Shown here: piece by piece, positions 1 to 8,178 of the stretch
Layout of the letters: every line of letters begins with the position of its first letter
How positions within the stretch are numbered: the first letter of the stretch is position 1
Origin: a virus
Lineage: Duplodnaviria > Caudoviricetes
IMG/VR virus record: IMGVR_UViG_2029527003_000023
Coordinates: 1 to 52,353 of that record
Length of the DNA: 52,353 nt
Direction: 5' to 3' (one strand)
Made by a program: the position numbers and the translations under genes
The notes under the pieces: model-generated
Database searches by the model: none
What the model saw: the letters and a program-made list of their open reading frames with translations, nothing else
Told to the model about the DNA's origin: nothing

Positions 1-342
1 ATGAAATCGGTATTACTCGGCATTACGCTGCTGGCAACCGCGACCGGCGCGCTGGCGGCAGACAAACTGGTGAACATCACCAAACTGGAATACGGCAAAC
101 AGTGGGCGTTCACCAAGGAAGAAGTGACGCTGCAGTGCCGCAGCGGCGGCGCGCTGTTCGTGCTCAACAACAGCACTCTGATGCAATACCCGCTCAACGA
201 CGCAGCGGAGCAGCAGGTGAAGAAGGGCCATCAGCGCGCGCAACCGCTGGAGGTGCTCCTGCTGGACGACCCTGCCGAACCGGGGAAAAAAATGAGCCTG
301 GCGCCGTTTATTGAACGCGCCGAGAAGCTGTGCGCTGACTAA
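1..342 (+). CDS. yebY: YebY family periplasmic protein (host)
   Basis: Signal peptide, then WAFTKEEVTLQC...QYPLND...KMSLAPFIERAEKLC, matching my recall of E. coli YebY; yebY is the usual neighbour of sdsR. Confidence 0.9.
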   Translation: MKSVLLGITLLATATGALAADKLVNITKLEYGKQWAFTKEEVTLQCRSGGALFVLNNSTLMQYPLNDAAEQQVKKGHQRAQPLEVLLLDDPAEPGKKMSLAPFIERAEKLCAD

Positions 343-461
343 CCGCTTGTTTGCCAACGCCTTGCCCAACGTGCGCGGATTGATGCGCATTTGCCGCATA
401 GTTATTTCGTCACGAAACTATCACGCGGCCGCCGGGCGGCTGGCAAAACTGGCGCGGTAGG

Positions 462-468
462 CTACTCT
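462..468 (+). promoter_or_regulatory. Putative sigmaS-type -10 element of sdsR
   Basis: CTACTCT (C-13 plus TACTCT) about 7 nt upstream of the conserved SdsR body; SdsR is known to be sigmaS-dependent. Confidence 0.6.
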
Positions 469-474
469 TAAAGT

Positions 475-580
475 GCACGGCTGAACAAGCCCTGCATTAA
501 ATGCCAACTTTTAGCGCACGGCTCTCTCCCAAGAGCCATTTCCCTAGACCGAATATAGGAATCGTATTCGGTCTTTTTTT
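475..580 (+). ncRNA. sdsR: SdsR (RyeB) small RNA
   Basis: Contains ATGCCAACTTTTAGCGCACGGCTCTCTCCCAAGAGCCATTTCCC followed by terminator GACCGAATA...TATTCGGTC-T7, as in enterobacterial SdsR; the 5' end is approximate. Confidence 0.9.
557..580. repeat. attL core (24 bp)
   Basis: AGGAATCGTATTCGGTCTTTTTTT is repeated exactly at 46727-46750 and lies next to the integrase. Confidence 0.92.
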
Positions 581-612
581 GAGTTGTTGATTTTAAAGGG
601 TTTATTTTCGTT

Positions 613-641
613 TGTCCGAAAATGTCCGAAATATGTCCGAA
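613..641. repeat. Putative integrase arm-type binding sites
   Basis: Three direct TGTCCGAA repeats (613, 623, 634) between the att core and the int stop; IHF-like site near 581-594. Confidence 0.6.
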
Positions 642-658
642 TTTTGATATTCGGTCTT

Positions 659-1741
659 TCACAGCATCACGTACTCTTTCCCCCTCGTTTTGAGATATTT
701 CAGCGTCATCATTTCCGTTGTATGTCCCAGCAGCTTTTGAGCAAATGCCTTGTCGTTCTGCTTTTCGTACAGGCGGCCGGACAGGCTTCGGATCTCGTGG
801 AACGTCGGCGGGCTTTCCTGAAACTCCAAACCTGATGCTTTCCGTGCGGCCACAAATTTTTTCGTTAACCCGTCGGGATGGATCGAACCATCTTGGCTAT
901 TTTTCCTGATGCCGGCGCTGATCATGAAGTCTGTCGTGCTGACCAATCGGCATCGGTCGATAACGGTGCCAAGCTGCAGGCCCATGCATTTCAGCTCAAG
1001 ATCAAGGGGGAGGGAGAGCAAAGCCCCCGTTTTGCCTTGTTCAACCTGCAGGCGCCCGTCAACGATATGGCTAAAGCGCATTTGTGTCAGATCCTCGCGG
1101 CGTTGGCCGGAGACCAGCGCGAGATCCATCGCCAGGCAGAACCACGGCGGCATTGTCTCCGCAGCATCTCGAATCGGCCCGTATTGCTTCAGCTCGAGAC
1201 GTTCGCGCTTCACGACAGCTTTCGCCGCGCGGGTCGGGGTCACAGGGTTGTTTTCGATGTGGCCTTCCACGATCGCCTCGCGAAAAATATCAGACAGTAC
1301 CGATCGCATGGTTGCGGCCATTGTCTTTTTGTTCTGGGCGATCCAAAACTCGAGAAATTCGGCGATGTGGCGTGTCGTGATTTTTGTCAGCACCATGTCG
1401 CCCAGGCGTTCCCGGATAATGGCAATTTGGCCGGAGCGCACTTTGTATGTGTTCTCGGCCAGTTCTCGCCGCTTGAATAGGACATCGTACCGATCGAGCC
1501 AGGCGTTTAGAGTGTATTCGTGGCTGCCCTTGATTTTCTCCAGGAGCAGAACGGGAGAGTAATTTTGTTCGATATAGTGGTTGGCTTCAATCGCCTGGGC
1601 GATAGCCTCGCGTCGCGAAATCTGACCGAGAGAGATCTCCTTTTTGGTGACTGGATTGCGCCAGTAGAACGCGTTCCGGTTTCGGCGGAATGTTAGGTTT
1701 TTCGGTAAGCGCATGTCATAACCCTCCCTTCGCCGTGCCAT
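659..1741 (-). CDS. int: Tyrosine integrase (lambda Int family)
   Basis: N-terminal arm-binding domain (YWRNPVTKKEISLG); catalytic GQRRED, FHEIRSL, LLGH and YL motifs. Confidence 0.96.
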   Translation of the reverse strand: MARRREGYDMRLPKNLTFRRNRNAFYWRNPVTKKEISLGQISRREAIAQAIEANHYIEQNYSPVLLLEKIKGSHEYTLNAWLDRYDVLFKRRELAENTYKVRSGQIAIIRERLGDMVLTKITTRHIAEFLEFWIAQNKKTMAATMRSVLSDIFREAIVEGHIENNPVTPTRAAKAVVKRERLELKQYGPIRDAAETMPPWFCLAMDLALVSGQRREDLTQMRFSHIVDGRLQVEQGKTGALLSLPLDLELKCMGLQLGTVIDRCRLVSTTDFMISAGIRKNSQDGSIHPDGLTKKFVAARKASGLEFQESPPTFHEIRSLSGRLYEKQNDKAFAQKLLGHTTEMMTLKYLKTRGKEYVML

Positions 1742-1991
1742 TGATTACTTTCTCCATGAACGCGAGCCTCGCGGGATTAGGGCTCTGCGCTTCCTTTATT
1801 TTTCTCCCCAGGTTGAAGTCCTTGGGGTTGATGTAAATAGTCCCTGGTGTCAGCCGGTACTGCTTGCCGTGCTTCTCCGCCGGCGGGTAGAAGTTTCCGT
1901 TGCGCGCCCAGCGCCAGAGCGTCTGGATGCTTGGTTTTTTATCGGTGTAGTTATCATCTCGCCATTCTTCGAGAGTCATCCATTTAGCCAT
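1716..1991 (-). CDS. xis: Excisionase
   Basis: Small basic wHTH protein (MTLEEW...PSIQTLWRWARNG...PPAEKHGKQY) overlapping the int start. Confidence 0.85.
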   Translation of the reverse strand: MAKWMTLEEWRDDNYTDKKPSIQTLWRWARNGNFYPPAEKHGKQYRLTPGTIYINPKDFNLGRKIKEAQSPNPARLAFMEKVINGTAKGGL

Positions 1992-2066
1992 TGGTCATGC
2001 CTCACTACTCAGCACAACCGGCCACAATATTAGCCGTGGCCGGCGTTGTGCGTTGATTTTCCAAAA

Positions 2067-3134
2067 TCAGCCCTGAAACTCTGGGCGCATATCGTCGAGC
2101 GCAAGCTGGAAACGCTCCATGTCATCAGCGCTTAGATCTCGCTCTGACCGTCGCACCAGCGCCTCTACCGCGGCGAACTCCTCGGCGCTCCGGCAGTCTT
2201 TCAGTTGGCTACTGATGCTGCCGCATGCGGTGATCTGCCGGTGGCGTTTAATCACTTTGTTTTTCAACTCGGTGTAAGCGGCGATCCCCAGCTTTTGACG
2301 TAACTCTTCAACCTGTGCGCGGATATTTGATGCTTGGTCTGTTGTTTCTGCCTGATCGATAGCTGTCCGAATGCCGCCGGCAATATCATCCGTATCAACA
2401 GGCGGGGCGCTCTGTTGCACGGGTGCGGCGGCAGGTCCGTCCGCAAGCTGGCTCACACTGACGCGCGAGGCGCCGCGCTGCGGGTTAATTTCGCGTTCTT
2501 CCGTCTTTTCCAACTCGTCGATCGTGTAGACGCCGAGAATCACTTCCGGGCAGTACAGGCGCGCCCAGCGTTTCACTGCCAGATAGGCAAGTTGTTGGCG
2601 CGGATCATCAGCCCAGAGCGTAGAGTTGCGGGTGCGGGCCTGCGCCAGCATGAGCACCAACTCCCGCGGTTTATCCTCCCCCCTCAGCGTTGCCCATACG
2701 CGGATCCCAATCCCTTCTTCATCAGCCAGGCGCCAGCCAGGAATGCGATACTCACCTTTATCCCCCTTGCGAATATCAAACTTGCCGATCACCTTTTCCC
2801 ACGGACCGAACCAGTCATAGTTGATGCGGTCGACCAGCGGCCCGCGGGTGGAAATCACCGCATTAACCAGTTGCGCCTCGTACCCGAGAACGCCGCTCAC
2901 GATGAACGTTTTCTGAGCCACCGCGAAGGGGTTCATTTGCCACTGGGCGGCCTGCATGGCGATCGCCATGCAGTCGGCCGGGTTCCCTCGCAGATGTGCG
3001 GGGATCGTCGCTGTACCGCTCGCCATGACCTGCGCAAATTGGTTGATAGCGGTCAGGTATTGCGGGTTGAACAGCGCGATGTTCGAGTCAGTGACCGATG
3101 CCGTTTTTTCTTCAGGAATGCTGATATTGCTCAT
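2067..3134 (-). CDS. recT: RecT-family ssDNA annealing protein
   Basis: IPAHLRGNPADCMAI, MNPFAVAQKT and LAVKRWARLYCPEVILGVY motifs; directly downstream of recE. Confidence 0.88.
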   Translation of the reverse strand: MSNISIPEEKTASVTDSNIALFNPQYLTAINQFAQVMASGTATIPAHLRGNPADCMAIAMQAAQWQMNPFAVAQKTFIVSGVLGYEAQLVNAVISTRGPLVDRINYDWFGPWEKVIGKFDIRKGDKGEYRIPGWRLADEEGIGIRVWATLRGEDKPRELVLMLAQARTRNSTLWADDPRQQLAYLAVKRWARLYCPEVILGVYTIDELEKTEEREINPQRGASRVSVSQLADGPAAAPVQQSAPPVDTDDIAGGIRTAIDQAETTDQASNIRAQVEELRQKLGIAAYTELKNKVIKRHRQITACGSISSQLKDCRSAEEFAAVEALVRRSERDLSADDMERFQLALDDMRPEFQG

Positions 3135-3148
3135 AATGTTTTTGCCCC

Positions 3149-5812
3149 TTACGCAACGCGCAGCGCTTCCATGCGGCGCTGGTCATAGTCGTTTAAGTCG
3201 TCGACGATCTCTTCGGTGATCGGTGCCGGCCAGGTGTCGGTGTCGAATGCGTTTTTGATTTCTCGCAGCGCCTTTTTATACTCAAGCCGGCCAAGCTCTA
3301 GCAGGTCAGGAGAAGCCTCAACGATAGCCACCCAGTGATAGCCCTCGTCTTTGTTGACGAAGATCCAGAAGAACTGGTCAAAGGCGGCGATGTCGCTATA
3401 CATGGCAGCGCTGAGGTGGTAGTCCCGATCGATAATTTCCCGGTGCAGCTTGGCGCGCAGCGCGTCTTGCTTTACGCGGCCCATGCTTACTGATTTCAAA
3501 TCCACACCTACGCGCACGCTGTTAAGATCGATCTCAAGGTCAGGGCGGACACGGACCTCGAGGCCTGTTTCCTCATCAAAGCCGAAATAACTCGCTTCAA
3601 CAGCACGATGCTCATGCTGCAGCAGCGGACCCGCTGAAGGATGGGTAAACAGCGCACGCTGAATGGCCTTGGCATGCTGCATTTGCTGCTGGGTTACCAG
3701 CTGACGACCGTCATCAGAGTTTTTCCAGGCATCGAGCAGTTCGTCGGCAAAGATGGCTGTTGGCAGAATCGTTTTGATGCGCGCCGCCAAGTCTTCTTTG
3801 TTCCCGCTGACCGACAGCGGAGCCGGGATCGCGCGCTCTTTCTCGACAAACTCCGGATCGATGGCTGCCAGTTGTTCCAGCAGTGCGTCGCGGCCGCCGG
3901 CGGTTTTCAACGGCGCCGGTAGGGTGGCGTTGTACTTCTTGATGCACCCCTTCATCGCTGAAGCCGTAGGTTCGGCCGTTGCCAGGCTTTGAAACTCAAC
4001 CGGCAGTGAAACATAAAATTGCGCGGTTTCTTCGTAATTGCCGCCCAACGCATACGACGCCGGGAGGGTGGCGTTATGCTTCTCGATCACGGCGCGCAGC
4101 GTATCGGCGTCGGTCTGTTTCGGCAGGCTGGCGTTGTGCTGTTCGATAAATGCGCGCATTGAGGCGGTATTCGTGAAAGCGCCGTCCGGGATAATCGGCT
4201 CTACGTTGAAATCTCGCTCCAGATTCTCTGGCTCAAGCGCCAGCGTGTGCACCAGCGAACCGAACGTCAGCGCGTCGCTGCGTTCCCGGCCGATCGTTTT
4301 GATGACGTGGCGCCCGTGGTAATACATCAGGCTGATGCGCGCGTCCTTCACCTGTGTGCTGCTGATGCCGTTCGCAGCGTGATAGGCTGTGTTTGAAATA
4401 TCAGCGTAACGGCCTGGCTCGAAATACGCCGGCTGTTGACTTCCTGCAGGCTCACCTTCCGGCTGCAGCGCTACTTCCACTTTTTCACCGTCGTTTGAGG
4501 CGTTATTGCATGTCTGCTCTGGTATCGGCTGCTGCTCGGCATCTTTGCTCGGCTCGCTATCAACCTGCACTGCAGCCAGCGGGGAGGCTTCGAAAAGACT
4601 GGACGCATCGAAGCGGCCACCGCCCAAACTGACAAGCTCTGGCTCTGGCTCTGGCTCTGGCTCTGCAACCAACTGCACGGCATCCGGCGCCGCGCCAAAT
4701 TCATAGACGCCATGCTCAGACAAATATTTCTCAATCCAGCCGCGGAGTGTGGCGGGGAAGTGGTACATATCAGACGATGGGACATTACGGACCACGCCGA
4801 AAATTGTTTCTCGGCTGTATTTTAGGATGTTCGGGGCAGCGCGCAGCGCCATTGACCAACGCTTAAAGTCTTCGTCATCGTTTTTTATTTTTTTCTGCGC
4901 CCAGCGATCGATCTCACCGGCGATATTTTGGCAGTCAACATCACCGACCCACAGCGCGCAGGCGATCTCACGGTCAAGGGCGTCATGCGTTTGGGTATAG
5001 CCGCGTTTATGTACGGTTTTCGTCGTTTCTTCTTCCGGCTCCGGGGCCGGTTTCAGCAGCTGCTCAACGTATTTGCGGATATTGATGAAGGTCGATTCAG
5101 GATCGGTTTCTTCATAGCGACGCGCGACCCCGGCAACGAAAGCAGCGAAGCGCTCGGCATCCATGCAGGAAACGGCAGGCAGGCGTAGAGCCTGCAGCAT
5201 ATCGGCGATATAAGCGGATTCCCCGCTCAATGCGGTGTTGATGACATTGGTCATCTGCGATTTGCTCAGCACGGTGTCGATCACATCGAAGCCGTGCAGG
5301 ATGACGGCGACAGCCCGCGTGTCAGCGCTCATTTTTGCGAAGTACGCTCGCGGCTCTTGCCAGTGGGCTGGCTCCCCGCCGTCACTGGTCGCCTCGTCTA
5401 CCGGTGGCCTTTGGCTGCTGTTAGTTTCTGGTGCACCAGCATCACCTGCAAGTTTGTGCTGCTCGCGCTCAGCCGCAGGGATTACCTGCCACGACAGGTT
5501 ATCGTCGAGCTTGTAGCGCAGGCACCAGGTATCACAGAACGCCGCTTCTGGCGGCAGATCGTCAACAACGGGGTAATTAGTGCGCACCGGCTTGAAGTAA
5601 GCGGATTGATCCAGCTCGGCGTCCTCGATGTGGTTTTCGAGGTCACGTTTTGCCCGCGCATCGTTCTTTGCTTCAAACCAGATGAAAAGCGAGGGTTTCC
5701 CTGACTTTTGCTTTGCCTTTAAGTGGTAGGCGTAGACGTTTTGCATTGTGCAATTCTCCTGAGTTTTAGGTAGAATGCAGGCCGATCGGTGCTGCATCCT
5801 CGATGTGGTCAT
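3149..5812 (-). CDS. recE: RecE / exonuclease VIII family protein
   Basis: C-terminal PD-(D/E)XK domain (ISSTQVK, GSLVHTLALEPE, RVRPD, DLKS, YHLSAAMY). An alternative start at 5746 has an AGGAG RBS. Confidence 0.9.
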   Translation of the reverse strand: MTTSRMQHRSACILPKTQENCTMQNVYAYHLKAKQKSGKPSLFIWFEAKNDARAKRDLENHIEDAELDQSAYFKPVRTNYPVVDDLPPEAAFCDTWCLRYKLDDNLSWQVIPAAEREQHKLAGDAGAPETNSSQRPPVDEATSDGGEPAHWQEPRAYFAKMSADTRAVAVILHGFDVIDTVLSKSQMTNVINTALSGESAYIADMLQALRLPAVSCMDAERFAAFVAGVARRYEETDPESTFINIRKYVEQLLKPAPEPEEETTKTVHKRGYTQTHDALDREIACALWVGDVDCQNIAGEIDRWAQKKIKNDDEDFKRWSMALRAAPNILKYSRETIFGVVRNVPSSDMYHFPATLRGWIEKYLSEHGVYEFGAAPDAVQLVAEPEPEPEPELVSLGGGRFDASSLFEASPLAAVQVDSEPSKDAEQQPIPEQTCNNASNDGEKVEVALQPEGEPAGSQQPAYFEPGRYADISNTAYHAANGISSTQVKDARISLMYYHGRHVIKTIGRERSDALTFGSLVHTLALEPENLERDFNVEPIIPDGAFTNTASMRAFIEQHNASLPKQTDADTLRAVIEKHNATLPASYALGGNYEETAQFYVSLPVEFQSLATAEPTASAMKGCIKKYNATLPAPLKTAGGRDALLEQLAAIDPEFVEKERAIPAPLSVSGNKEDLAARIKTILPTAIFADELLDAWKNSDDGRQLVTQQQMQHAKAIQRALFTHPSAGPLLQHEHRAVEASYFGFDEETGLEVRVRPDLEIDLNSVRVGVDLKSVSMGRVKQDALRAKLHREIIDRDYHLSAAMYSDIAAFDQFFWIFVNKDEGYHWVAIVEASPDLLELGRLEYKKALREIKNAFDTDTWPAPITEEIVDDLNDYDQRRMEALRVA
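4636..4665. repeat. (GCTCTG)x5 tandem repeat encoding an EP linker in RecE
   Basis: Five perfect 6-bp units read directly. Confidence 0.85.
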
Positions 5813-5880
5813 TGGTCATGCCTCGGCTGTTAGGGTTGGTCCCCTGGCAGCCCGTCACCGGGACGTTAAGCCGGTAGACT

Positions 5881-5905
5881 GGCCCGCCTTGTGCGGGCCT
5901 TTTTA
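5881..5905 (+). terminator. Intrinsic terminator on the strand antisense to the early-left operon
   Basis: GGCCCGC-cttgt-GCGGGCC followed by TTTTT on + only; there is no U-tract on the - side. Confidence 0.75.
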
Positions 5906-5908
5906 CTT

Positions 5909-6139
5909 TTAATCGCAATAACTCATTCGGCAGTGCGGACAATCAATAATGTGGGTGCTCGCTGCCTTTTCTACGGAGATTCCGGAGACAAAGTCGCCGT
6001 ATTTATTCTCAACTGGAACATAAACATCTTTGTGGCAACGGTAACAAATCCCGTCAATTGGCGAGAAATTCGGAAGGCGGTTGTCATTGCAATATTGGCT
6101 TTGGGCCTCAATTGCTAATTCAGTGTTGAAAGTTTGCAT
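5909..6139 (-). CDS. Small Cys-rich (putative Zn-binding) phage protein
   Basis: CYRC and CPHC motifs; GAGG RBS upstream. Confidence 0.65.
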   Translation of the reverse strand: MQTFNTELAIEAQSQYCNDNRLPNFSPIDGICYRCHKDVYVPVENKYGDFVSGISVEKAASTHIIDCPHCRMSYCD

Positions 6140-6225
6140 TATATAAACCCTCTCTTTGATTTATTGAAATGCGCCCTACGAGTTGACGCCCCGGGAGGGA
6201 AACGCATGACGCATTTCAATATTTG

Positions 6226-6251
6226 AAAAAGCCCCGCCATCGCTGGCGGGG
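6226..6251 (-). terminator. Intrinsic terminator in the early-left operon
   Basis: CCCCGCC/GGCGGGG stem with a U-tract on the - strand. Confidence 0.65.
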
Positions 6252-6268
6252 AAGACTACACACAGCAA

Positions 6269-6583
6269 TTAGTGGGTTGTGCGTTCTGCTGAGCCGCCAA
6301 GCATTGCCATCATGAAGGCCAAAAGCATTTCTTTCTTTTCGTCGCTGGTAATTAAATGACCGTCAGTAATATTGTTTGCTTTGCGATAAATTTCTTTTAC
6401 TGCGCAGTCAGGACAATCAAATTCACCGAGATCGGTTCCGTCTGCTAAAACTGCACCAACAGGTAATTCATCGTTTTTGGTCTTGGCAATATATCCAATG
6501 ACATTATCGTTTTCAGATACGGAATGAATACCTGCGTGAATTTTTTCACAAACTAAAGTTGCGCTGGTTACTTTCATGGTCAT
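6269..6583 (-). CDS. Hypothetical early phage protein (CxxC)
   Basis: 104-aa ORF preceded by GAGGCATGACCATG; the true start may be the second ATG (6577). Confidence 0.7.
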   Translation of the reverse strand: MTMKVTSATLVCEKIHAGIHSVSENDNVIGYIAKTKNDELPVGAVLADGTDLGEFDCPDCAVKEIYRKANNITDGHLITSDEKKEMLLAFMMAMLGGSAERTTH

Positions 6584-6660
6584 GCCTCATTTGATTAAAG
6601 TGCGTGTTTGGTTCTACCCATTAATTCGGGCATTTTTTTACTGCTGTTTCAGGTGGTGCT

Positions 6661-6861
6661 TTAGTGCGTGCCGGCTGGCTCGAATTCCGGCGGGATCCGC
6701 AGGGATTCAAAAGGGCGCTTGATGGCCCGTAGATTGCCGACCGGTTCGAACCGGTAGCGGCCGCGGATGTAATCGAACGATGCCACCCACGGCGCGCCGG
6801 TGCGCGTGTTGCGGAGGCTGACGGCCTTACCGCTGTTTGGGACGATCTTGGTCATGGTCAC
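6661..6861 (-). CDS. Hypothetical early phage protein
   Basis: 66-aa ORF with GGAGG RBS in the pL operon. Confidence 0.65.
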   Translation of the reverse strand: MTMTKIVPNSGKAVSLRNTRTGAPWVASFDYIRGRYRFEPVGNLRAIKRPFESLRIPPEFEPAGTH

Positions 6862-6867
6862 GCCTCC

Positions 6868-6957
6868 CTAAATCAGTACTGCAGTAGTGATGACGCTGGC
6901 CCAAAAAACGAGGCAGGCGCCGACAACAATCAAAAACCAGAAACCTCTGTCGCTCAT
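6868..6957 (-). CDS. 29-aa single-pass membrane peptide (not in ORF track)
   Basis: MSDRGFWFLIVVGACLVFWASVITTAVLI* with GAGG RBS; translated by hand. Confidence 0.55.
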   Translation of the reverse strand: MSDRGFWFLIVVGACLVFWASVITTAVLI

Positions 6958-6993
6958 GATTGCCTCGGTGCGCCCCGTAGGGCGCGTTGAGTG

Positions 6994-7083
6994 TTACTGG
7001 AGAGCTGCGTTAAATTCTGCTTCTGACATGGCCTCTTCGCCTTCCGCCAGACTGTCGAAATACTCTTCGTATGATGTGAACAT
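6994..7083 (-). CDS. 29-aa acidic peptide (not in ORF track)
   Basis: MFTSYEEYFDSLAEGEEAMSEAEFNAALQ* with GAGGG RBS; likely the first ORF of the pL transcript. Confidence 0.55.
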   Translation of the reverse strand: MFTSYEEYFDSLAEGEEAMSEAEFNAALQ

Positions 7084-7248
7084 CGTGTTGCCCTCTGCTG
7101 TGTGGTCTGTTGGTCATGCCTCGGTGCTGTCTTTCCAGCTGTCAGAACGTTTTTCACCTGCTGCGTTAGCGAATCATCCCGGTCTTCGTGTGCCCCGGGC
7201 GGCTACTTCGTGGGCTTCCTGCCTGTTCGCTGCTGCTTGATGAGATAA

Positions 7249-7277
7249 AATCTACAAAATAAATTATCATGCGTCAA
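7249..7277 (-). promoter_or_regulatory. Early leftward promoter (pL)
   Basis: TTGACG-17 bp-TAGATT on the - strand, in AT-rich operator-like sequence. Confidence 0.75.
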
Positions 7278-7363
7278 CCTAAAATTGATAATTAAATTAT
7301 CATATGATGATTTTATTGGGGTATCTGCCGCATGGATGAAAGGGGAGAGGCTGGATGCAGGCG

Positions 7364-7389
7364 AAAAAAAACCGCCTGGAAGGCGGTTT
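7364..7389 (-). terminator. Terminator after the repressor gene
   Basis: AACCGCC-ttcca-GGCGGTT followed by a U-run on the - strand. Confidence 0.75.
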
Positions 7390-7407
7390 AGTGGTCGACA
7401 GAGAGGT

Positions 7408-7797
7408 TTAGTCGGTAGATGGATTCTTTCTTCTCTTTAAATATTGCTCAACGAATGAGTCGAGCTCTTTGAGCCTCTCTGAAAAAGCACTGAGCATGTT
7501 TTCTTGCTCGCTAGCAGGAAGTTGGTCAAATAAGTCAATAAGCTCTTGATGCTTATCGGTGATCTTCCGTCCTAAGTTGCCGTCGCCAAGCTGTTTCTCT
7601 TCTTCCTCTGTTAAGAAAAACCAATACAGAGGTTTGCCCAGGGCTTCTGGGAGCATTTCCAGCTTATCTTTGCGCGGGAAAATCCCTGAACACCAGCCGC
7701 TGACAGATTGCGAATTCACGCCAACGCGGCGCCCTAGCTCTGCTTGGGATATTCCAGACTCATCTAGAGCCTGCTGTAGACGTTGTTCGAAGATCAT
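7408..7797 (-). CDS. Prophage repressor (XRE HTH, DicA/RacR-like, no S24 peptidase domain)
   Basis: HTH ISQAELGRRVGVNSQSVSGW; only 129 aa; divergent from cro. Confidence 0.88.
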   Translation of the reverse strand: MIFEQRLQQALDESGISQAELGRRVGVNSQSVSGWCSGIFPRKDKLEMLPEALGKPLYWFFLTEEEEKQLGDGNLGRKITDKHQELIDLFDQLPASEQENMLSAFSERLKELDSFVEQYLKRRKNPSTD

Positions 7798-7868
7798 TTC
7801 GCCCTCTCATGCCATATAGCACCTCAGTATACAAAATTTGTTTGTAGGTCAGCTACGAACCAATTTTA

Positions 7869-7897
7869 TTGACATTGAAAATTAAATTTGCTGTCAT
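7869..7897 (+). promoter_or_regulatory. Putative early rightward promoter (pR)
   Basis: Perfect TTGACA -35 upstream of cro; the -10 is weak and uncertain. Confidence 0.5.
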
Positions 7898-7921
7898 ATG
7901 AAAAATTAATGAGGAGGCAAG

Positions 7922-8167
7922 ATGGACAAATCGACACAAGCAAAAATCCTAAGCGTGTGCAGCCAGTCGGAGTTAGGGCGCCGTTTGGGTAAAAAATCCC
8001 AGACCGTGAGTGCATGGTTCCGAAATGGCGTTGCACGTGCGGAAGTTATCAACGTATGCCGCGCGCTCAATTGGGCCGTTACTCCGCATCAACTGAGGCC
8101 GGATATCTATCCAAACCCGCAGGATGCCTTACCACCAGAATTGCAGGATACCAAGCCTGCAGCCTAA
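7922..8167 (+). CDS. Cro-like regulator (YdaS family)
   Basis: SQSELGRRLG...QTVSAW HTH and C-terminal TPHQLRPDIYP motif. Confidence 0.88.
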   Translation: MDKSTQAKILSVCSQSELGRRLGKKSQTVSAWFRNGVARAEVINVCRALNWAVTPHQLRPDIYPNPQDALPPELQDTKPAA

Positions 8168-8178
8168 GGACATGATTT

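Noticed and set aside
878-1562. Long + strand ORFs opposite int, and similar shadow ORFs opposite recT, terL, sheath and tape measure
   Set aside because: They are antisense or alternate-frame shadows of well-supported GC-rich genes and have no recognisable motifs.
7010-7117. Arg-rich 35-aa ORF (MTNRPHSRGQ...GRRRGHVRSRI) as a possible N-like antiterminator
   Set aside because: The SD lies only 1 nt from the ATG, and the ORF overlaps a better-supported peptide ORF in another frame.
7126-7240. HK022 put element or hammerhead ribozyme
   Set aside because: The sequence does not match put as I recall it and lacks the CUGAnGA/GAAA hammerhead core in the right arrangement; kept only as an unassigned structure.
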